A stretch of DNA of 64,000 nucleotides, from the NCBI RefSeq assembly GCF_009914755.1, contig NC_060943.1, one strand, 5' to 3'. This DNA comes from the human T2T-CHM13v2.0 reference genome, Homo sapiens. Under the pieces are notes generated by a model. It searched no databases. It saw nothing but the letters and a program-made list of their open reading frames with translations, and was not told the DNA's origin. Position 1 is the first letter of the stretch. Each line of letters opens with the position of its first letter. Of the stretch, positions 52,345 to 61,831 are shown in pieces. The position numbers were made by a program, and so were the translations under genes.

Positions 52345-53536
52345 CCCTGCTGTCCGTGCACCCTGCTGTCCCGTGCACCCTGCTGTCCGTGCACCCTGCT
52401 GTCCGTGCACCCTGCTGTCCCTGCACCCTGCTGTCCCGTGCACCCTGCTGTCCGTGCACCCTGCTGTCGGTGCACCCTGCTGTCCGTGCACCCTGCTGTC
52501 CCGTGCACCCTGCTGTCCCGTGCACCCTGCTGTCCCTGCACCCTGCTGTCCCGTGCACCCTGCTGTCCGTGCACCCTGCTGTCCTGTGCACCCTGCTGTC
52601 CGTGCACCCTGCTGTCCGTGCACCCTGCTGTCCGTGCACCCTGCTGTCCCGTGCACCCTGCTGTCCGTGCACCCTGCTGTCCGTGCACCCTGCTGTCCCT
52701 GCACCCTGCTGTCCCGTGCACCCTGCTGTCCCGTGCACCCTGCTGTCCGTGCACCCTGCTGTCCCTGCACCCTGCTGTCCGTGCACCCTGCTGTCCCGTG
52801 CACCCTGCTGTCCGTGCACCCTGCTGTCCCGTGCACCCTGCTGTCCCGTGCACCCTGCTGTCCCGTGCACCCTGCTGTCCGTGCACCCTGCTGTCCCTGC
52901 ACCCTGCTGTCCGTGCACCCTGCTGTCCGTGCACCCTGCTGTCCCATGCACCCTGCTGTCCGTGCACCCTGCTGTCCGTGCACCCTGCTGTCCCTGCACC
53001 CTGCTGTCCGTGCACCCTGCTGTCCCGTGCACCCTGCTGTCCCGTGCACCCTGCTGTCCGTGCACCCTGCTGTCCCTGCACCCTGCTGTCCCTGCACCCT
53101 GCTGTCCCTGCACCCTGCTGTCCCGTGCACCCTGCTGTCCGTGCACCCTGCTGTCCGTGCACCCTGCTGTCCCGTGCACCCTGCTGTCCGTGCACCCTGC
53201 TGTCCGTGCACCCTGCTGTCCCTGCACCCTGCTGTCCCGTGCACCCTGCTGTCCCGTGCACCCTGCTGTCCCTGCACCCTGCTGTCCCTGCACCCTGCTG
53301 TCCCTGCACCCTGCTGTCCCTGCACCCTGCTGTCCCTGCACCCTGCTGTCCCGTGCACCCTGCTGTCCGTGCACCCTGCTGTCCGTGCACCCTGCTGTCC
53401 GTGCACCCTGCTGTCCGTGCACCCTGCTGTCCCGTGCACCCTGCTGTCCGTGCACCCTGCTGTCCGTGCACCCTGCTGTCCCGTGCACCCTGCTGTCCCG
53501 TGCACCCTGCTGTCCGTGCACCCTGCTGTCCGTGCA
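52345..53536. repeat. 16/17-bp VNTR, roughly 70-73 units
   Basis: ccctgctgtcc(c)gtgca / ccctgctgtccctgca variants over ~1.19 kb. Confidence 0.97.
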
Positions 53537-54827
53537 GCTGTTAGAGGACCTGCATGCCGTATTGAGTCGGGGCAGGGGCCGCATTCCTGGGTGTACTGTT
53601 CGTTCAGGGTGGTCAAGGTCAAGAGGTGGCAGTGAGCAGGTGAGTGAGCGAGGTGGTGGGGCCAGGGCTGAGTGGCAGGCCTTGGAGGGCTGCCTGGGTC
53701 TTAGAACGACCGCTTATTTTGAGCCAGATGGGAGGGAAGCAATACTGAGAGGCCTCCAGGGTGGTCACGCCTGGCAGATGGAAATGACCCCACATAGTGA
53801 GGTTGGGGGTGGGTGCGGAGGCACAGCAGGTACTTCCCCTGGCCCTGGCTTCCCTGCTGAGCCCTGCAGGGCAGGATGTGGATCAGCAGGAGGGCAGAGA
53901 GGGTGCTGTGGACAGGAGGGCTTGCCGGGAGCTGGCAGGGTTGGTCTTGCCAAAGCGATGCCACAGCCAGGTTTGTCAGGACCAAGGCTGGCTCTGCAGG
54001 GCCAGATCGGGCGTGGGGGCCTTCTTATGTCATGGAAGCAGCTCGGCTTTCCCCTGGAGTTGGTGGCCTTTTGAAGGAGAAAACAGGGCTGTGGTGGTGG
54101 CATTTTTGAGGTGATTGTGGCTGCAGTTGGGAAAATGAATGAGGTCTCCCGCAATAATCTGGTGAAAGATGGTGATCTGATTTAAAGTAGTAGCAGGGGA
54201 TGGAGAGAAGTTGATGGATTTGAGGGAGACTTGTGCCTGGGAAGTGTCCAGACTTTGGTGATGGGTGTGGGTTTGTGGGGAGGGGAGGAGAAGGCCTATG
54301 AGCTGCTTAGTGGCAGCTCTGATGGTGGGGATGGCAGGTGAGATGCAGGGGTGATGAGCACCTTGTCGGGGGGTGAGCGGGGGGTGGGGGGCAGCTAGCT
54401 GGCTTTGCGGTTTCTGAGACACCCAGTAGAGATGTCAAGGAAAAATTAGCTGGACAGGTCTGTGTTCCCAGCATGAGGGCTGATGGACACTCAGGTGTCT
54501 GTCGAGGCCCTGCTTGGGATGTCGGAGTGGTTTGCCCAGGGAGAGCAGGGTTGGGGAGGGCGGCTGGAGAGGTGGAAGGAGCATCTTAGAAAAGGGGCAT
54601 GGGGAAGGCCAACGGCATCTCCTCTCACTGCAGCTCCTGCCCACTGCCCTCCAGAGTCCCCTTCCCTTGAGCTGGTATGTCAGGGCTGCTCAGGGCTGCC
54701 CTCTGGTGCTGGGATGGAGCTTGGCTCAAGCAGGGGCTGAGGAAACATTTGTGGGAAGAAGGAATGGAGAGACCCTGGCCTTTGGGATCAGCTGACCTGT
54801 TTTGCATATTAAATTTATTGCATCGGC

Positions 54828-55130
54828 GGCCCGGCGAGGTGGCTCACGCCTGTAATCCCAGCACTTTGGGAGGCCGAGACGGGCGGATCATGAGGTCAGG
54901 AGTTGGAGACCAGCCTGGCCAATGTGGTGAAACCCCATCTCTACTAAAAAATACAAAAATTAGCCAGGCATGGTGGCGGTGCGTGCCTGTAATCCCAGCT
55001 ACTCAGGAGTCTGAGGCAGGAGAATTACTTGAACCCGGGAGGCGGAGGTTGCAGTGAGCCAAGATTACGCCACTGCACTCCAGCCTGGGTGACAGAGCAA
55101 GACATGGTCTCAGAAAAAAAAAAAAAAAAT
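54828..55130 (+). mobile_element. sense Alu, U2AF2 intron 11
   Basis: Dimeric Alu with poly-A tail. Confidence 0.9.
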
Positions 55131-55404
55131 TACTGCATTGTATTGTTTTATTCTTAAATTTTTTGTTACATGTCTTTTCAAATATACTTAAAAGTAGGGA
55201 CTATGATAGTGATACGTTTTTATCATAGTATATGTACTAATATTTTGGTGTTCCTTCATCTGGCTTCAAGTTACCAATATTTTGTCATTCTTAATTTTCA
55301 TATTCAGCTTATTTCTCCCCCCTCCTTTTTCTTTGCTGGATTATTTTAAGGCTTATCAGGTTTATTTCACCTGAGATCCTTAAGTATATTTCTGTTATTT
55401 CTCA

Positions 55405-55597
55405 ATTAACATTTTGGGTCAGATAACTTCTCTGTGGGGGCCTTTGCTGTGCGTTGTAGGATATTGAGATGTATCCCCAGCCTCCACCCACCGGATGCAA
55501 GAGCACTACTCCCTGCTGAGACACCCAAAAGCATCTCCAAAGATTGCTCAGTGTTCCCTGGGGACACCCCCCCTCCTCCAGTTGACAACCACTGCTC
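55405..55597. mobile_element. MER20-like DNA transposon
   Basis: acattttgggtcagataa...tgtaggatattgag...cagttgacaaccactg; opposite orientation to the 21030 copy. Confidence 0.65.
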
Positions 55598-55712
55598 TAA
55601 CCAGATAACCTTAAAAAATTGTTTTGTTTTTTTAACAAAACCACAATAGCATGATTAGATTAGCGAAATTCCTTAGTGCCTATTCCATGTTCAAATTTTT
55701 CTATCTCAAGAA

Positions 55713-56200
55713 TTTTTTTTTTTTTTTTTGAGACAGAGTCTCGCTGTTGCCCAGGCTGGAGTGCAGTGTGCCCGCCACCACACCTGGTTAATTTTTTTTG
55801 TATTTTTAATAGAGACAGGGTTTCACCGTGTTAGCCAGGATGGTCTCGATCTCCTGACTTTGTGAGCCGCCCGTCTTGGCCTCCCAAAGTACTGGGATTA
55901 CAGGCGTGAGCCACCGCGCCCGGCCAATAATTTTTTTTTTTTTGAGACGGAGCCTCACTCTGTCACCCAGGCTGGAGTGCAGTGGCGCAATCTCGGCTCA
56001 CTGCATCCTTCACCTCCCGAGTTAAAGAAGAGTAGCTGGGACAGGCACCCGCCATCATGTCTGGCTAATTTTTGTATTTTTGGTAGAGATGGGGTTTCGC
56101 TATGTTGGCCATGCTGGTCTTGAACTCCTGACCTCAGGTGATCCATCTGCCTCAGCCTCCCAAAGTACTGGGATTACAGGCGTGAGCCACTGTGCCCAGC
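55713..56200 (-). mobile_element. two antisense Alus (both with internal deletions)
   Basis: Alu consensus; the first jumps gcagtg|tgcccgccacc. Confidence 0.85.
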
Positions 56201-56881
56201 CGAGGATATTTTTTATAGTTTGTTTCAGTAAGGATCCATATCAGGTCCCTGCCTTGAATTTGGTTACAAAGTTTGTGTAATTTATCCTTTGTACCTCACT
56301 CCCTCTTTTTTTTTTTTTGCAAGCTCTTTTATTTGTAGAAGAAATAAGTTCATCTGCTATATAGAATTTTCAGTGTTCGTGTAGGCTCATTGTATCCTTC
56401 CCTCCCTCCATTTTCCTGTAAATTGGTTTAAGCAAGGTTAGAAGCTCGAATAGATCAAGGTTCAAGTTTTTAAATTTTATTCAACCTGGGTTTGAATCCT
56501 AATTTCTGAGCTTCCCTTAGTTCACTTATTGTTGGGAGAACATGGCTGTTGGGGTGGTTCTGGGAGCGCCCACCATGGTGGCTCGTGTGGAGTAGACACT
56601 CAGCACGAGGGACCCCTCCCCCGCGGTGAGCTCGTCTAGGCCTCCCGCCTGCGCTCTATGGCTCTGCTGAGTTTCTGGCATGTCTCTATTCTTTCTCCCT
56701 CTCCATGCCTATGGTGTGTTTATGCTCTTGTTTTTTGATCCTGGAGAATATTTGGGTGAACTCCACCAAACCTGCTTACTAAGGGTCCCTTTCTGACACC
56801 TGTGGCGAAGCCCCCTCCTCCCTGTCCCTTCCTGCCTTCAGTGCTGGGGTTGGGTGGACGCTGACTGACTGTTGGGCGTGA

Positions 56882-57052
<171 letters not shown>

Positions 57053-57664
57053 AGGCGGCTGGGGGAGGGTGGGGGCAGGGCTGGCTGGGGGCTTCTCCCC
57101 ACTCCCGCCCCCCCCTTATCCCCCTCTGAAGACGATGGGCAGAGGAGTGACAGCCGCAGACACACGACAGCCGGCAGCAACTGGAATGGCAGCAATTAAG
57201 GGTGGGGGGCGGGGGTTGGGGGGTTAGGGCAGGGAGGGGACTGGGGAAGTGCGCACACAGCCCACACAGACAACACGCACCCACACAGACACAGAGGGAA
57301 GGGGTTGGGATGGGGACAGGGTGCACAGCAGGGCGGGGTAGGACCCCAGCCCCTCCCAAAACAGCCTCTCCTACTCCCATAGACCCCTTTCTTCTCCCCT
57401 TCCCCACGGTAGGAACATAGCGTGTTTATATTTTATGGCCAAACTATTTTGAATTTTGTTGTCCGGCCCTCAGTGCCCTGCCCTCTCCCTTACCAGGACC
57501 ACAGCTCTGTTCCTTCGGCCTCTGGTCCTCTCTGGTCCCCTCCTGGGTTTCTTACGTAGTTGATTTTTCCTCTTTAGTCTCCCCCGACCTGCGCCCAGCC
57601 CCGTGGCCCCTGCCCCTCTCCTACTCTCTGTGGCAGTTTCATATTTGCTAAGACGAATTTGCTC

Positions 57665-57670
57665 ATTAAA
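57665..57670 (+). terminator. U2AF2: polyadenylation signal (ATTAAA) of U2AF2
   Basis: ATTAAA followed by U-rich and GU-rich sequence, about 610 nt after the stop. Confidence 0.75.
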
Positions 57671-57899
57671 CATTTTGTTGTATTTTACTTTATGGAGCGG
57701 CTGTGTGTCCAGTATGTCCGACCCTCTTCCTCGGTTCTGGGCTCGGGTGGGGGTTCCCTTGGCAAACTGCGGGCCCCTGGCTGGGACGCCCCTGCTGCCG
57801 GCGCCGGCAGCCTCGAGGCCTTCCCTGCTTGCGCGGTGCCCTTCTCGGGGTCGGCACAGGCACAGCCCCGGGGGACGTGAGGTTCCCGAGTGCTCTCCC

Positions 57900-58411
57900 A
57901 CCCCGCCGACAGGAGGGATGGTGGCCGAGCGGGCCGGGGCGGGCGTGGCGTGGGTGTGCCAGGAGCTCCGCGGTTGCCGCCAAGCGAGCTGGAGCTGACT
58001 CTCGGCGTTCCGTGAGCACCCCGCGGATCCCCCGCTGCAGCGGGCGGAAGTGACGTAGAGGCGCCTAGCAACGGGGCCCAGCGCGCCGGAAGCGATGCCT
58101 TCCAGGTTGGCTTGGCTGCGGAAGCGACTCCTGCCAGGGCGGGGTGCGGCACGGGAGGGCGGGGAGCGCGGCAATTTCCGCTTCCGGTCCGTCGCCTCCT
58201 TCTGTTGCTTCCCGTCTCCTCGGCGGCTCCCCTCCCCCGCCCGGCTCTCCGCGCCCCTTCTGGGCGGCGGGGCGGCGGAGCCGTCGGCGTGCGGCCCTCC
58301 TTGCGTTCGTGCGTGCGCCCGTGGCCCGGCGCACGTCCCGCGACACCGAGGCCGAGCGGGGCAGGGGGCTGACCGCCATGACCCCCCAGAGCCCGGCGTG
58401 AGGGGGCCGAG
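57900..58411 (+). promoter_or_regulatory. EPN1: EPN1 CpG-island promoter and non-coding exon 1
   Basis: ETS-CRE composite GGCGGAAGTGACGT (~58043), further CGGAAG/TTCCG sites, GC boxes; donor GAG|GTGAGC after 58411. Confidence 0.8.
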
Positions 58412-60147
58412 GTGAGCGCGGGGCGGAGCGCGGGGGACGCTGGCCCGCCTGCTCCGGGTGTTCGGGCCTGGGCCGCGGCGCGCGCGGGCTCGCGTCTGGC
58501 CAGTTCTGGGTGTCTCTGGCGGCCTTTGTGTCTCTGCTCCTGTGTCGGCCTTGACTGCCCCCGTGTCGGTTGTCTGTGTCTGTCTCTCTCGTGTCTGTGT
58601 GTCTGTCAGCGTCTGTTTCCTGTGGGCCTCTGCCTGTGCCTGTTTCAGTGAACTTAGAAAAGGGTTTGGAGATAGGAGTGTGTTTGTGTGTCTGTCCCGG
58701 GTCTCTCTCTCCTCTGTCTGTCGTGTCTGTGTCTGTCAGGATTTGTTCGTGTCTCGTTGAGTTTCCGAGTCTTCTTTTCCCTAGGTGTCTCTAGCCCTTC
58801 CCTGCGGGCTTTTCTGCCTATGGTGCAAATCTTACCCCCGCCCCGTCTTCGCATCTGAGTTTTGCCCCCATACCTATCACCTCCAATCCTGAAGTTTCTT
58901 TCCAGGAGTCTGTTAACTTGATCTAGAATCTGCCCCTTTTCCCCAGTTTTCTGAGTCTCTGGTGTGATGGTGAAGAGCCCCAGCCTTGGATTCAGAAGCC
59001 CGGCTGCCTGCTAAGCTGTGTAATTGCCAGGTGATAGTCTCTGTGTCAAAACCTCAGTTTCCTAGTCGTAGGAAATCCATAGTTCGTAGGCATTCGTAGT
59101 TCCTACATCATAGGGTCCTTGTGCATGTAAGTTGAGGTGATGCTTGTAAAGTGCCTGACGGTATCTGACACATAGCAAGTGTGTAATTACTGGGAGCTCT
59201 GGTTTTTATTATTACAGTGCTTAGAGATTTTTACACAGTAAGTGTTAGATATCGGTCGGTTATTGGAGTACTCCTTGGAGAACTTTGCCATATCCTTTGT
59301 ATTCTTTTTAATGTAAGAATTCTCTTTGAATCAATTTAATTTGAAATACAGTCTCATTCTAAGCAGTATCTGAGAAATCTCAGCTTTGATGTGCTAGTTG
59401 GGTAATTTTTTCTAATGCACGCCAAATAAGTACAGAGTATTAAGATAGTGCCTTTTCTGCCGCCACCCTTTTGGAAATGTTCTCTGTTTTTTCTCTGATA
59501 ATAATAGCAGCCAGTGTTATTGAGCGCCTACTATCTGTGGGGCACAGAGCCAAGCACTGCATGTACCCATCTTATTTAATCAACAGGCCTACCAGGTAGG
59601 AATTCTTTCATTTCAGAGTTGAGCAAACTGTGTCTCAAGGAGGTGTGCGCTGCAGGTAGCTGATGTGGCCAGGATTTGAACCCACATTTTATATTCTTTG
59701 CCATTAGATTCCATTTTTCTTATCTCTTATTTCTCAGCGCCAGGTCTCTTTTTGTTTCTGGGCCTCTTTCTTCCTTGGCCTCCTGCCTCCCTGTCTTCCC
59801 ATGTTCTTGTATCTGCTGCTGCCTGTGTTTTTCTCATTGTGTCTCTGCCTAGCTCCCTCTGCCCAGGTTTCTATGTGTCTCTTTCTGTCAGAACTGTCTT
59901 CTATTTCTTCTCAGTCCCCTTCTCTGCATTTGTTACATCATCTCTTCATCTTAATGTATTAGGCTGGGGCTGTTTTGGGACTCCAGAGAGTTACTTTTTA
60001 ACTAGCTACATCTGTCTTCAGGTGCCTGGCTTTCTGGCCTGAGGTGGAAGCAGAGGCCAGCCTCTCTCCGTCATCCCTATCTCCCCTGGGCTTACATCAT
60101 GGCGGGGCTTTGAAAATCTCCCTCTGTGGCTTCTTGGAGCCGCATAG

Positions 60148-60194
60148 ATGGGTGATCAGAGCTGGCTCTGGAACCAGGCTGCTCCAGGAGTAAG
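60148..60194 (+). CDS. EPN1: EPN1 alternative N-terminal extension exon A (MGDQSWLWNQAAPGV)
   Basis: ATG...GTA AG|gtgtgt; joins in frame to 60526-60710 and 61503 onward, giving a 111-aa extension; lies in MIR-like sequence. Confidence 0.5.
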
Positions 60195-60525
60195 GTGTGT
60201 GTCCCTGGGCAAGGGGCTGAACCTCTGTGTCTCAGTTTCCACCCTGTGAGGTGGCTATGAATCATGGGGTTGTTTCAAGGATTAACTGAGTTAATACATG
60301 TAAAGCACTTAAAACAGTGCCTGGCATGGGATAAGAGCAGTGCGAGTGTCTGCTGGTGTCATCATCATTTGCTTGACTCTCTTGTTTCTCGTCACCAGTC
60401 TCGGGATGGGTTAATTTAATTTAGGTTAATTTAAAAGTATGAGTTTTGGAGTTCAGGTGGGCCTCGGGTTGAGTCTGCCCTGCCATTCCTGGTGTGTGAC
60501 CTTGGTTGAATTATTTAACTTCCAG

Positions 60526-60710
60526 GAGCCCAGTCTTTGCATGCAGTGTTGAAAAAGGTAATGTCCCTCTTGTGCTGAGCGAGCACCTGGCACACAGCAG
60601 GGACCCAGGCAGTGGGGCTGTTAGGTTCCTTATCTCTCCTGAGCCTTGGGCTTCCGCTATCCTTGGGACGTCTGGTCTTCTGGCTTCCCCGGTTCTTCCT
60701 GCCGCCCTGG
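60526..60710 (+). CDS. EPN1: EPN1 alternative N-terminal extension exon B
   Basis: tccag|G AGC CCA GTC...CTG G|gttggt; stop-free and frame-compatible with the ENTH exon. Confidence 0.5.
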
Positions 60711-61603
60711 GTTGGTTCCCTGCTCCTGCCTCTGTCTTTAATCCCTTCATCAGCCTTCTTTCCCATGTGTCCTTGTTTCTGCTGTGGATTCCTGCCCCCT
60801 CTGCCCTTGTTCCAGAGGTCTTTCCTGCCCTCCCTCTCCACTTCCTCCTTGCATGGTTTACTGAATGGTTTTTCTGGGCCAGCTTCTTTGCTGGGAAAAG
60901 CCACATGCAGACAGACATGTTCTCTGCCCCCATGGGGCCTGTGGGTTGACCTTAGCTACAGAATCAGACGAGAATATAAAATCATGAGGGAGACTGAGTT
61001 TACTGATGAGGCCCCAGGGATAGGTGACTGTGATGTTTGGGTGTGCACCTGGGAAGTGTAAGCAGAGCCCTTGGGGTGAGTGGATATCCCTGGATGAGGA
61101 AGAAGGAAGAGCGCATGGGCAGGACGGAGGGCCTCCTGATGCGCTGCCGGTGTTTACAGGGCGTCAGTTCTCTAGATGACCGCATGGAGCCCCATTTGAC
61201 AGAAGAGAAAGCTGAGGTGCAAAAGATCCAGCCCGCCCAGGGTGGCCTTGCCAGGAAGTGCTGAGCCAGGTTGTGGGGCTGCGATCTGCCACTGCATATA
61301 CTCTGCCTCACTGAGCAGGGGCCCCAGCAGGAAGGAGGCAGCCTGTTTGAGGAACTGAAACATGGATGGGGTTACTTTGAGACCTAGAGGTTAACAAGGG
61401 ACAGAGCCTTCTGGGCCACAGTTAGGAACTCATCTTTGACCCTGAGGGCTCTGGGCAGGCCATGTCCCATTTGTGTTTCCAGAGGTCCTCTTCCCCTCGC
61501 AGATGCGGTGACCTGCCAGCACCTGCCGCAGCCTTCGTCCGGGAGTCGCCCCATCTCTCCACGCATCGGGGCCCTGTGCCCCTTGCTGCTGCAGCCGGGC
61601 ACC

Positions 61604-61831
61604 ATGTCGACCTCGTCCTTGAGGCGCCAGATGAAGAACATCGTCCACAACTACTCAGAGGCGGAGATCAAGGTTCGAGAGGCCACGAGCAATGACCCCT
61701 GGGGCCCATCCAGCTCCCTCATGTCAGAGATTGCCGACCTCACCTACAACGTTGTCGCCTTCTCGGAGATCATGAGCATGATCTGGAAGCGGCTCAATGA
61801 CCATGGCAAGAACTGGCGTCACGTTTACAAG
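61604..61831 (+). CDS. EPN1: epsin 1, first ENTH-domain coding exon (gene continues past the window)
   Basis: accATGTCG; MSTSSLRRQMKNIVHNYSEAEIKVREATSNDPWGP...WRHVYK; donor AAG|gtcagc; exon acceptor at 61502. Confidence 0.97.

Noticed and set aside
52090-54074. Six long Cys/Pro- or Gly/Gln-rich ORFs (416-572 aa) resembling keratin-associated or metallothionein-like proteins
   Set aside because: All six frames are open only because the VNTR units lack stop codons; mixed 16/17-bp units shift frame constantly, which is not how a coding repeat behaves.
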